64,000 nt of DNA from a virus (lineage: Duplodnaviria > Caudoviricetes). Positions 17,680-25,786 of this stretch are shown in pieces. Position 1 is the stretch's first letter, and every line of letters starts with the position of its first letter. The stretch is from positions 96,001 through 160,000 of the IMG/VR virus record IMGVR_UViG_3300037295_000263. One strand, written 5' to 3'. A program made the translations under genes and the position numbers. A model generated the notes under the pieces. It was not told the DNA's origin, made no database searches, and saw nothing but the letters and a program-made list of their open reading frames with translations.

Positions 17680-18496
17680 CTTTAATTTCCTTTATTTTTT
17701 GTAATTGTTCAACAGATAAATTTGTCGGAATACTAGTTGATATTTTAATTAGCAAATTTCCTTTATCAGAAGATCGTAAAATTGGCATTCCTTCTGCTCG
17801 GCAGCTTAATATTGTTCCATGCTGTGTTCCTGATGGAATTGAAATTTGAAATTGTTTTTTAGACAACGTTTCGATAGTTAGTGTACTTCCTAATATAGCG
17901 TCCCATACTGAAATAGATTGTTCGTATATTAAATGATTACCTTCTCTGTGAAAGATTGCGTGGGGTAGCACATTAACGTTTACAATTAAATCTCCTGCAG
18001 GAATGCCAGGAATACTGTCATCACCCAAGCCGTGGTATTTTATCTGTTGCCGATGTAACACACCGGGCGGAATATTAATTTTAATAGTTTTATTTGAGTT
18101 ATCCGGAAGAGTTATGTCAGCACCAATCTCTTTTCCTACTAATACATCCTCGAGTGTAACATTTACTACAAAATTAAAAGATTTGTTTACCTGTTGACGT
18201 TGATGATGAAAGTTAAATCCAAAATGACTAAAGATATCATTAAAATTTCCAGAATCAAAATGGAAATCTTGTGAATTAGTAGGATTTTTAGATGAAGCTG
18301 GGTCGTGCCCAGCATCTATCATACTCTTTTTTTCTGGATCACTTAAAAATTCATAAGCTTGGTTTATTTTTTTAAAGTGTTCTTCATCACCTCCGCGATC
18401 CGGATGGTGCTTCATTGCTAATTTACGATAAGCTTTTTTAATTTCTTCAGAAGAAGATGGAGAAGTTAATTCTAGTAGGCTATAGTAATCTTTCAT
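17669..18496 (-). CDS. dnaJ: DnaJ/CbpA-type co-chaperone (no Zn finger)
   Basis: J-domain with HPD (KHHPDRGGD) and a DnaJ C-terminal domain. Confidence 0.92.
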   Translation of the reverse strand: MKDYYSLLELTSPSSSEEIKKAYRKLAMKHHPDRGGDEEHFKKINQAYEFLSDPEKKSMIDAGHDPASSKNPTNSQDFHFDSGNFNDIFSHFGFNFHHQRQQVNKSFNFVVNVTLEDVLVGKEIGADITLPDNSNKTIKINIPPGVLHRQQIKYHGLGDDSIPGIPAGDLIVNVNVLPHAIFHREGNHLIYEQSISVWDAILGSTLTIETLSKKQFQISIPSGTQHGTILSCRAEGMPILRSSDKGNLLIKISTSIPTNLSVEQLQKIKEIKDGV

Positions 18497-18516
18497 TTAT
18501 ATGCTCGCATAGTATA

Positions 18517-18545
18517 ACTATACTGTAAAAATATTACGTTGTCAA
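18517..18545 (-). promoter_or_regulatory. Sigma70-type promoter for dnaJ-def-clpA
   Basis: TTGACA-17 nt-TATAGT. Confidence 0.75.
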
Positions 18546-18551
18546 CTACGA

Positions 18552-18890
18552 CTAGCTAACAGAAGATTTTTTTTCATTCATATACTTGTCAAATATAGCG
18601 TTGGTAACCCATACTCCTATATATCCTACAAAATACCATTCTGTTAATTGCCCCATGACTACAAGATATATAAATCCCCATGTACTAACAATCCATGCTC
18701 CAAACCGTGCAAATTTTTCACTATCGATTTTGTTATTGGTAGAAATTAAATCCTCAAGGTTGATGTTGTCAGTTTTATCTAAATGTACTACAGTCAACGA
18801 AACCATTACGACTAGAATTAATGTAAACAACAACAACCCCATTATGTTTTCAGCATTAAATAATCTTAAAAATTCTGTAATAGTGTCCAT
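18552..18890 (-). CDS. Putative holin
   Basis: 112 aa with 2-3 TM segments, downstream of endolysin and spanins. Confidence 0.5.
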   Translation of the reverse strand: MDTITEFLRLFNAENIMGLLLFTLILVVMVSLTVVHLDKTDNINLEDLISTNNKIDSEKFARFGAWIVSTWGFIYLVVMGQLTEWYFVGYIGVWVTNAIFDKYMNEKKSSVS

Positions 18891-18898
18891 AGTTGCTC

Positions 18899-19159
18899 CT
18901 AGTCTACGCTTTCGAATATTGTTTTTTGTTCTTTATACCACGATTGCCATGCATTCACTTTTGCTTGACATTCGAGATACAAATTATAGTTGTCAGTAAC
19001 AACAACTAATAGGTCAGACATTTTAGTTGTATCGACGGGTACAAGTTGTAATGGAGCACACTGAGTTTTTATACTAGGAGGAATGTCGGGAAATTTACGT
19101 TCGACTATAGTTTGGCATCCTGTTAACAGCATAACAAATACTACAACAAATAATTTCAT
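18899..19159 (-). CDS. Outer-membrane spanin (Rz1-like lipoprotein)
   Basis: Signal peptide with lipobox LLTG-C; Pro-rich FPDIPP; two further Cys. Confidence 0.8.
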   Translation of the reverse strand: MKLFVVVFVMLLTGCQTIVERKFPDIPPSIKTQCAPLQLVPVDTTKMSDLLVVVTDNYNLYLECQAKVNAWQSWYKEQKTIFESVD

Positions 19160-19584
19160 CGAGATGCTCCTGTTGCTCTGTTTAGTATTTCTACAACTTT
19201 GGGATTAATTTGGCAGTTACTATCTAGCTCAGTTGAATATTCTCTTATACTACCCAACACTTCGTATTTTATTCGTTCAACAACTTGCACGCGATCTCTG
19301 TAGACATATTCTATAGAGGCATTAGCCTCTGATGCGCGTTGCTCTGCTCTTGCAATTTCTAATTGCATGTCAGCAAGGCGTTCGCGGTATTCACTATCCT
19401 TGCTAATTCCGCCAGCAAACCACACACCTACTACTGTTAAAAATAAACCTGCCAGAAGAATAGGAGTATTATATTTGCTAATAAACGGAAACTGTTGTAA
19501 AAATACGCTAACTATTATCAGCAATAGGCCGATTAGTAAAGCTGTATAGAAAACACCATCAGGTAAAAACCCAATTAGCCACAT
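19156..19584 (-). CDS. Inner-membrane spanin (Rz-like)
   Basis: N-terminal TM helices then a coiled coil; overlaps the o-spanin start (ATGA). Confidence 0.75.
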   Translation of the reverse strand: MWLIGFLPDGVFYTALLIGLLLIIVSVFLQQFPFISKYNTPILLAGLFLTVVGVWFAGGISKDSEYRERLADMQLEIARAEQRASEANASIEYVYRDRVQVVERIKYEVLGSIREYSTELDSNCQINPKVVEILNRATGASR

Positions 19585-19593
19585 ATAGGTTCC

Positions 19594-20046
19594 TTAAATT
19601 GACAATTCAAAATGAGGGCCGTCGATGAACGGTCTTCTTTTTTGAGACCTTCTTAAATCGATGTATTCGTCCATTGCATCCTGCATTGTAGAATCCCATT
19701 TCCTTATATCTTTTATATGCCAAGCTGCTCCCCATCTTACAGGCACATCAACTTCCATAGCTGCTAATCTTACAGCGTCGGCAATGTTATCGTAAAGATT
19801 CAACTCCCATGACACTCTAGTACCTATATATGCAACTAAATCTACAGCAAGCCCTTGAATGTGTTTTGAATCCATAGTTTGGCTAGCACCTGCTGCTACC
19901 AATTCACGCTGTCGATCTACTGAACGTAATCCTTCAGTAACTCCAAAATCAACTGAAGTATAATTAAAAGCTAACTTAACTACCTGTACTAACGAGTCGT
20001 TGACTCCAGATAGCCTGCTTAGACTTCTTTCCGATAAAATAAACAT
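19594..20046 (-). CDS. Endolysin, peptidase M15 (L-Ala-D-Glu peptidase, T5-like)
   Basis: EGLRSVDRQRELVAAGAS, SKHIQGLAVD, WGAAW and DGPHFEL motifs. Confidence 0.9.
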   Translation of the reverse strand: MFILSERSLSRLSGVNDSLVQVVKLAFNYTSVDFGVTEGLRSVDRQRELVAAGASQTMDSKHIQGLAVDLVAYIGTRVSWELNLYDNIADAVRLAAMEVDVPVRWGAAWHIKDIRKWDSTMQDAMDEYIDLRRSQKRRPFIDGPHFELSI

Positions 20047-20047
20047 A

Positions 20048-20782
20048 TTATAACCTTTTTAATAGTAATGAATTATCGCCATTCTTAAAAAGAAAATGGT
20101 CTTGATACTTGTCTATCTGATAATCTCCTAATACTTTGGTAAGCCAGAAAATCTCACCCATTGCATTAGTATCCAATGATGCTGCTCCTTCTATCACAGC
20201 TTGCGGATTATCTTCAGAAATTATCTCTAACTGAACTGTTTTTCCAAAGGGTTTATGTATTGTAATTATGTTGTTACTAATGGATAAATCATCCATTAAT
20301 GTTTTGTTAAAAAACTGTTTAATACCTTCTGTTTTAATTTTTAAAAGTAAACCATCGTATAGCTGAGGAGTCGAAGGAACTACTTCTCCGAGTACATCCA
20401 TGGAGGCTTCGTGTATTTGCGAATTCTTATGATATTTGAATTTCCAATCATTTATATTGGTTAATTTGTACACCCCATAAGTTAAGTCTTTAATTTGTTC
20501 AGATAATTGATCAGTTCTTTTTATTTCAACGAATATAGAATATTCTCCATTTTCGTTTTCTCCAGAGCTGATATCAGCATCTAATACAAAGTTATATCCT
20601 TTCTCAATAAACTCCATAAGATCTCTTGCAGGCGCCCGATCCTTAGCAGTAAAGCTTATCACACATACGTCTCGATCTTCGCCCATTTTTGATTTATAAG
20701 AATCAACTTCGAAGGTGGGGTATATCATTTCTTGTAAATCGTTAGTACGTAGTCCTTCAAATATCTGTTGGTAATTCTTCAT
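20048..20782 (-). CDS. Hypothetical phage protein (N-terminus MKNYQQIFE)
   Basis: Start reassigned to 20782; no catalytic motif recognised. Confidence 0.7.
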   Translation of the reverse strand: MKNYQQIFEGLRTNDLQEMIYPTFEVDSYKSKMGEDRDVCVISFTAKDRAPARDLMEFIEKGYNFVLDADISSGENENGEYSIFVEIKRTDQLSEQIKDLTYGVYKLTNINDWKFKYHKNSQIHEASMDVLGEVVPSTPQLYDGLLLKIKTEGIKQFFNKTLMDDLSISNNIITIHKPFGKTVQLEIISEDNPQAVIEGAASLDTNAMGEIFWLTKVLGDYQIDKYQDHFLFKNGDNSLLLKRL

Positions 20783-21293
20783 CTGTAATATCCTGTATTT
20801 TTTGTTCTGTGCTGTCTTTACTGGAGGCTTGTATAGTTTGTTGGTTAACAATGTCAGCTACTTTATTTTGGTCAAGATTTCGGTAACCTCTATTAATATC
20901 GTTCATAAGCTTCTTAGGAATAGTTATGCGAACACTCCAAATAGGGGAATAATCGATTTTACCTTTACGAGTTCCTGCTCGAATATCCTCTGGTTTTTTA
21001 ATTTTTCTAACACTTGCTATTTTACTTTCGGCAAATTCTACCTTGCATCCGTAATCAATTAGCCGTGTGCCGGCTGTTGGATCAGGCATTTTGTCGTATG
21101 GCCACATAAATGTACATTCGACAAAGTATCTTTTTTCGTACGGACCACTGACTAATTCCCCATCTATCCAGTTATCGTAAACATACATGTCTAGTTCATC
21201 TAACACTCTTTCAAAATCTTTGAGTAAATTTAAACTATTGTTAGATCCGTATATTTGCTCAATGTTTTGAATAATATCTTTAATATCGGCCAT
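20757..21293 (-). CDS. Hypothetical phage protein
   Basis: 178 aa; SD GAGGAG; late motif GATAAATA at 21310-21317. Confidence 0.75.
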   Translation of the reverse strand: MADIKDIIQNIEQIYGSNNSLNLLKDFERVLDELDMYVYDNWIDGELVSGPYEKRYFVECTFMWPYDKMPDPTAGTRLIDYGCKVEFAESKIASVRKIKKPEDIRAGTRKGKIDYSPIWSVRITIPKKLMNDINRGYRNLDQNKVADIVNQQTIQASSKDSTEQKIQDITDEELPTDI

Positions 21294-21309
21294 AATTTCT
21301 CCTCAAATG

Positions 21310-21317
21310 TATTTATC
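21310..21317 (-). promoter_or_regulatory. Late promoter motif GATAAATA
   Basis: Followed 5 nt later by GAGGAG (SD) and ATG 21293. Confidence 0.55.
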
Positions 21318-21357
21318 GCCATAATACAAACATAACACTTAATCTTTTTGCTGTTGA

Positions 21358-21365
21358 GTTAAATA
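21358..21365 (+). promoter_or_regulatory. Late promoter, leaderless configuration
   Basis: GTTAAATA-AGATT-ATG (ATG at 21371). Confidence 0.55.
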
Positions 21366-21370
21366 AGATT

Positions 21371-21421
21371 ATGCCAGAAACAAATAAAACGTTTGTAACT
21401 GCATATTCCAAGGAGGATTAA
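21371..21421 (+). CDS. Putative 16-aa leader peptide/uORF upstream of phoH
   Basis: MPETNKTFVTAYSKED*; its last codons contain AAGGAGG, the SD of phoH. Confidence 0.4.
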   Translation: MPETNKTFVTAYSKED

Positions 21422-21427
21422 CCTTAC

Positions 21428-22153
21428 ATGAAGCGTAAAAGATCAGCAGTTCAAAAACCTCAATATACCGAGTCTAATGTAGTAGGGCTTGCACAAGCCC
21501 CAAAAAAGAAGCAACGAGTGGTAATATATCCCAAAAATCTAAGCCAAGAAAATTACTTAATCAAACTCAATGATTTTGATAAAAAGATAATTTTTGCAAT
21601 AGGGCCAGCAGGTACTGGTAAAACTATGCTAGCAGTACAATGGGCAATTGACCAATTAAAAGACGGCATCGTCGAAAAGATTATTATTACTCGACCAGCC
21701 GTTTCTGTTGACGAAGAACATGGGTTTTTACCGGGAGATTTAAATGAAAAAATGGCACCGTGGACTAGACCGATCATGGATGTATTTGCAGAAAACTTTT
21801 GTGCTAAAGATATTGCTTCTATGATCGAAGAAGGTACGATAGAAACAAGTCCGCTAGCATATATGCGTGGTCGAACGTTTAAACATGCAGTAATTATTGC
21901 AGACGAAATGCAAAATGCAACTCCTAGTCAGATGAAAATGTTGCTCACTCGTTTAGGTACAGGTAGTAAAATGGTAGTAACTGGCGATTTACAGCAAGCA
22001 GACCGACCTAGCAATAACGGACTGTTGGAATTCCTAGGGTTATTTACTAACTTTGAAAAACAGAAGTATGTCGATATGTGCCATTTTACTGCATCTGACA
22101 TTGAACGTCATGAAGCTGTAAAGGAAATCTTAAAAATATACAAAGACGAATAG
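21428..22153 (+). CDS. phoH: PhoH-family ATPase
   Basis: GPAGTGKT Walker A, RPAV, GFLPG, YMRGRT, DEMQN and TGDLQQAD. Confidence 0.96.
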   Translation: MKRKRSAVQKPQYTESNVVGLAQAPKKKQRVVIYPKNLSQENYLIKLNDFDKKIIFAIGPAGTGKTMLAVQWAIDQLKDGIVEKIIITRPAVSVDEEHGFLPGDLNEKMAPWTRPIMDVFAENFCAKDIASMIEEGTIETSPLAYMRGRTFKHAVIIADEMQNATPSQMKMLLTRLGTGSKMVVTGDLQQADRPSNNGLLEFLGLFTNFEKQKYVDMCHFTASDIERHEAVKEILKIYKDE

Positions 22154-22181
22154 AATAACGCCGAGCATGCTCGGCGTTATT
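22154..22181. terminator. Perfect 28-bp palindrome, bidirectional terminator between phoH and fdxA
   Basis: AATAACGCCGAGCATGCTCGGCGTTATT between convergent genes. Confidence 0.7.
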
Positions 22182-22195
22182 GACGTTTGAAATTA

Positions 22196-22519
22196 CTATT
22201 CCTCGAGAAGATTAATTTTATTGGGTGTTCCGTTCCATTCGGCAGCATCGGGTAACGCTTCTTTTTTTCGAGTAATATTTGGCCATTTTTTGCTAAGCCG
22301 TGTATTAATATCGAGCCAAAAAACTACGTCAATATCGATATCGTTGTCTGTTTTAATAGCATCGACTGGGCATTCGGGTATGCACACTCCGCAGTCTATA
22401 CATTCATCGGGATCGATTGCTAAAAAGTTTGGACCTTCATAAAAACAATCAACAGGACATACTGAAACACAATCTGTATGTTTACATTTAATACAGTTAT
22501 CAGTTACTAGGTGTGTCAC
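22196..22519 (-). CDS. fdxA: 7Fe ferredoxin (FdxA family)
   Basis: [17 protein letters not shown] and [12 protein letters not shown]; GTG start. Confidence 0.95.
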   Translation of the reverse strand: MTHLVTDNCIKCKHTDCVSVCPVDCFYEGPNFLAIDPDECIDCGVCIPECPVDAIKTDNDIDIDVVFWLDINTRLSKKWPNITRKKEALPDAAEWNGTPNKINLLEE

Positions 22520-23435
22520 GATTCAGCGCCGATAATTTAATAAGACATGCAGCTAAGTTAATTTCCGCATCCGCCACTAGCGTATGATCAACCAGGCCTT
22601 GTTTGATTATTACAATAGCACGGTCTTGTATTATTTCATCTCCGAAAATTTCTATATTGTCATATAACCATCTGTATACTTCTAGCATTTCTTCAGGTTG
22701 GATCTTACCACACAACATCCTTCTTGCATCAGTAATTTTTCCAGCTTTAAACATTTCTACCATATCAAACTTCCAATCTGCGATTCCCGAGTCACCTGCA
22801 GATGGAATACTTAGCTTACCTTCAATTACATTTTGTTGCAATAAGTTGATACATTTACGTAAGTCAGGGTAGGCAGCTCTTACATAGCTATCTAAAGTAT
22901 CGAGATCGAAATCGACATCTTCAGTAACAAGTATAGTTGCTACCCTGGCTGTAAACTCGGTATGATCAATTTTTTCAACATGAAATCCTTGACATCTGCT
23001 ATGGAGAGCTGGAATAATTTTATGAGGATAGTTACATGTAAGAATAAATCTTGCAGTACTATGGTATTCTTCCATAACTCCACGCAACGCTGCTTGCGCA
23101 TTAGGACTTAGGTAATCAGCTTCGTCGAGCAATACAACTTTAAATGGGCCAAACGGGATCATTTGCACAAAGTTAGTAATTTTATCTCTAACATCTTCAA
23201 CAGAGTTTGTACGACTAGCATTAATTTCTAAAACGTCAAATCCTTCTATTCCTATTTCGTTGATTAATATTTTGGCTAACGTTGTTTTACCGATACCTGC
23301 ACTTCCGCTGAGTAGTAAATGTGGTATACTTTTATCAGAAATCCATGTTTTAACTTGACGTTTTTGATTTTCGTCACGGAATACATATTCATTTACAGTT
23401 TTAGGACGATATTGCTCTACCCATAGTTGTTTCAT
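22500..23435 (-). CDS. Clamp loader small subunit (RFC/gp44-like)
   Basis: [20 protein letters not shown]-like EINAS, LDEAD, SRC and PDLRK motifs. Confidence 0.93.
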   Translation of the reverse strand: MKQLWVEQYRPKTVNEYVFRDENQKRQVKTWISDKSIPHLLLSGSAGIGKTTLAKILINEIGIEGFDVLEINASRTNSVEDVRDKITNFVQMIPFGPFKVVLLDEADYLSPNAQAALRGVMEEYHSTARFILTCNYPHKIIPALHSRCQGFHVEKIDHTEFTARVATILVTEDVDFDLDTLDSYVRAAYPDLRKCINLLQQNVIEGKLSIPSAGDSGIADWKFDMVEMFKAGKITDARRMLCGKIQPEEMLEVYRWLYDNIEIFGDEIIQDRAIVIIKQGLVDHTLVADAEINLAACLIKLSALNRDTPSN

Positions 23436-23488
23436 AATTACCTTTAATTGTTGTTTGTTTATACTGAAATATAAACACTATTACGCAT

Positions 23489-23875
23489 TCATTGAGAATT
23501 TTCTTTTTCTGCAGTTGTTAAAAATCCAGACAAGTTTGGAGGAATCCACCCTAGTGGTTTAAGAACCTTTCCGTCGTCACGCTTGCGAACCTTTCCGTCG
23601 TCGCCTATCTTAGCAAAGTTAGTGCTCATAACTTCTTTCCAAGCACCTTCTGCGTCAAAACCTGCAGAATGAATGGCACCAATTGTAACAACTAGAATGT
23701 CAATTAGTGCATCCAATGTTTCGATATTATCATTAGCTGCAATTGCATCATTTAACTCAGTTGTTTCTTCTGCTATCAATGAAACGTATAAGTTAAACTG
23801 TTCTTTATTAAAATTATCAACAGTTTGATCGCATGCTTTCATAAACTTAGATTGATCGCGAAATGGATTAGTCAT
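23489..23875 (-). CDS. MazG-like NTP pyrophosphohydrolase
   Basis: LIAEETTEL, DALIDILVV, EVMSTNFAK and DGKVLKP. Confidence 0.85.
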   Translation of the reverse strand: MTNPFRDQSKFMKACDQTVDNFNKEQFNLYVSLIAEETTELNDAIAANDNIETLDALIDILVVTIGAIHSAGFDAEGAWKEVMSTNFAKIGDDGKVRKRDDGKVLKPLGWIPPNLSGFLTTAEKENSQ

Positions 23876-23895
23876 TTATATTTCCTTAAACATTA

Positions 23896-23924
23896 ATTAT
23901 ACGCAATTGTTTAATATAAATCAA
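23896..23924 (-). promoter_or_regulatory. Sigma70-type promoter
   Basis: TTGATT-17 nt-TATAAT upstream of 23875. Confidence 0.75.
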
Positions 23925-23927
23925 CAT

Positions 23928-24317
23928 TTACATAAAGTCTTCTGGGCGAATGTTTGAACTACTGGTAAATTCTTGACCAATATAAGCATCGGATGGTTTT
24001 TCGTCAGATACTGCAAGTATTCCGGTTACATCTACTCGTTGTATTTCTTTTTCACCTCGGCTGTCTCGAATCTTTACTTTACGAGTCCATCTTCCATGCT
24101 CGATCAATATCCATTGTCCTTCTGATACATCTGTTTGTTTTGGTCCGACTTTATAAACTAACCCCCATCTAGGTTTAACTCCGTGTGCTTGAGCATCATC
24201 ACTTCGAAGTACAATGCCACCAGATGTGACAATTTCACCAAAATCCATATCTGTAATAATCACATTGTCGTGTATTGCACGAACTTCCATAGGTCGTGCT
24301 TCATAGATTGTTGTCAT
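23928..24317 (-). CDS. groES: GroES-like co-chaperonin
   Basis: RAIHDNVII, TSGGIVL mobile loop, VYKVGP and ILAV. Confidence 0.8.
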   Translation of the reverse strand: MTTIYEARPMEVRAIHDNVIITDMDFGEIVTSGGIVLRSDDAQAHGVKPRWGLVYKVGPKQTDVSEGQWILIEHGRWTRKVKIRDSRGEKEIQRVDVTGILAVSDEKPSDAYIGQEFTSSSNIRPEDFM

Positions 24318-24326
24318 GATATTCCT

Positions 24327-24545
24327 TTATTTTTTGTTAATTCGATCAGCAGCCGTACGATCATTATTGTTGTAATAATCCTGCAAAATTTCTTCTTTAG
24401 TACGGAGAATCTTTCCGCCCGGTCCCAACTCGTCTCCTCTGGCGTTTACGTTAATATTACCTACTGCAGGAGTTAGTTCGTTTTTTAATGCAAGCTTCTC
24501 CATATCAATTTCTTTACCTTTCATACTTGTGTATATTTTACCCAT
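24327..24545 (-). CDS. Hypothetical protein
   Basis: 72 aa; coupled to the upstream gene (TAATG-type overlap). Confidence 0.7.
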   Translation of the reverse strand: MGKIYTSMKGKEIDMEKLALKNELTPAVGNINVNARGDELGPGGKILRTKEEILQDYYNNNDRTAADRINKK

Positions 24546-25009
24546 TATTTTTCTCCTTTGAAAAATTCATTTATCGGTATCTCGTATTTAATACTATCGA
24601 TGCGGTGCACTCCTATTAAAAAGAGCACATAACTTGCTACGCTACTGCCTCTGCCTACACCCCAAATAACATTATTACTACGCAATACATCTACAATATA
24701 TTTCATAACATATAAAATGTCTAGCATTTCGTGCTTGATGTATAGTTCTAATTCCTGACTAACTCGATTTGTTTCTTCTTCTGTTTTGCACATTCCGTAT
24801 AAAATTTCTATAAGATTTGGACAATATTGTTCAGGAATGAACCAGTTATTTGGATTTATATCTTTTAACGGAACAGGATAGTTTAAATGCTCATTGTGTA
24901 ATCGAGTTGTATATTGACTTAAATCGTCTGAAGTTTGGCACCGGTCTAAAATATCTGGCCCGTGCCGCATAACTCCTTCTATTAAGTTTTCTATTGTATT
25001 AGTTGACAT
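24545..25009 (-). CDS. Stand-alone fragment homologous to the DNA polymerase III alpha (DnaE) mid-region
   Basis: RVSQELELY...MKYIVDVLR...GVGRGSSVASYVLFLIGVHRID matches DnaE; ends before the PDxDxD catalytic motif; no PHP domain. Confidence 0.75.
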   Translation of the reverse strand: MSTNTIENLIEGVMRHGPDILDRCQTSDDLSQYTTRLHNEHLNYPVPLKDINPNNWFIPEQYCPNLIEILYGMCKTEEETNRVSQELELYIKHEMLDILYVMKYIVDVLRSNNVIWGVGRGSSVASYVLFLIGVHRIDSIKYEIPINEFFKGEK

Positions 25010-25235
25010 TAATCAATTGATCCAAATCTCCGTTACCGTTATTATTAAATTTTTCACGGTTTCTTTTACTCATTTCCTCTTTATATATTGTAAGAAATGT
25101 TGAGAGTTGTGTCAAGAGGTCAATGTTGCCAAGACGCACTGCAATGTAATATTTTTTTGTTATTTCTTGTATTTTTTCTTCTAAATCAGTATCTTTCATG
25201 TCTGATAAATCGGTAGATAAGGGATGAAAAAACAT
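24999..25235 (-). CDS. Hypothetical protein
   Basis: 78-aa helical ORF coupled to the upstream gene. Confidence 0.65.
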   Translation of the reverse strand: MFFHPLSTDLSDMKDTDLEEKIQEITKKYYIAVRLGNIDLLTQLSTFLTIYKEEMSKRNREKFNNNGNGDLDQLINVN

Positions 25236-25786
25236 TAACTAAATTTTCCTAAATAGTTTAAAAACACCTTGTTTGAGCCATGTTTCCATATTTCGATAAT
25301 TACAGGATTATCAGTAGAGTCTAATATTACAGATTCTGGAAAATTACTGCTTTTTTTAATAATATTACTGCCGGAAGTGCCAAATGTCACAGTTCTACTG
25401 CCACTGTCGCAATATAGTTCTAGTGTTATCTTTCCTAACGTGTCAAGTGGAAATTTATCAAAATTGATAAGAGCATCTTGCAGCACTGTTAAGATATGAT
25501 AATTTCCTGTATCATATTCTACAGTATATATTTCAGTTTCGACATTGTTTACTAATACGCTTTCTGAACAGTTTTCAAAAACAGCAGATCTTACTAGCTG
25601 TCCATTGAAATCGTTTTCCTGATCTAATCTTGGCGAAATATTTTGTAGTAACGTAATTTCTTCTTTAGCTATTCTTAAACTATCTTTAATAGTGTCAAAG
25701 TTATCTCGTAATGTTTGGGTGTCATTATCTTCGCCGGCTACCGGAAACTGCTCATTAATATCATTATAGTTTATATTACTGCTCAT
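25235..25786 (-). CDS. Putative baseplate/tail accessory protein
   Basis: N-terminal FPVAGEDNDTQTLRDNF motif like phage fibre attachment segments; in the structural operon. Confidence 0.55.
   Translation of the reverse strand: MSSNINYNDINEQFPVAGEDNDTQTLRDNFDTIKDSLRIAKEEITLLQNISPRLDQENDFNGQLVRSAVFENCSESVLVNNVETEIYTVEYDTGNYHILTVLQDALINFDKFPLDTLGKITLELYCDSGSRTVTFGTSGSNIIKKSSNFPESVILDSTDNPVIIEIWKHGSNKVFLNYLGKFS

Noticed and set aside
23560-23605. Direct repeat gaacctttccgtcgtc x2
   Set aside because: It encodes the DDGKV-RKR-DDGKV segment of the MazG-like protein; a protein-level repeat.
24545-25235. Frameshifted full-length dnaE
   Set aside because: The neighbouring ORFs show no PHP or PDxDxD motifs in any frame I could read; the fragment has its own start and stop.
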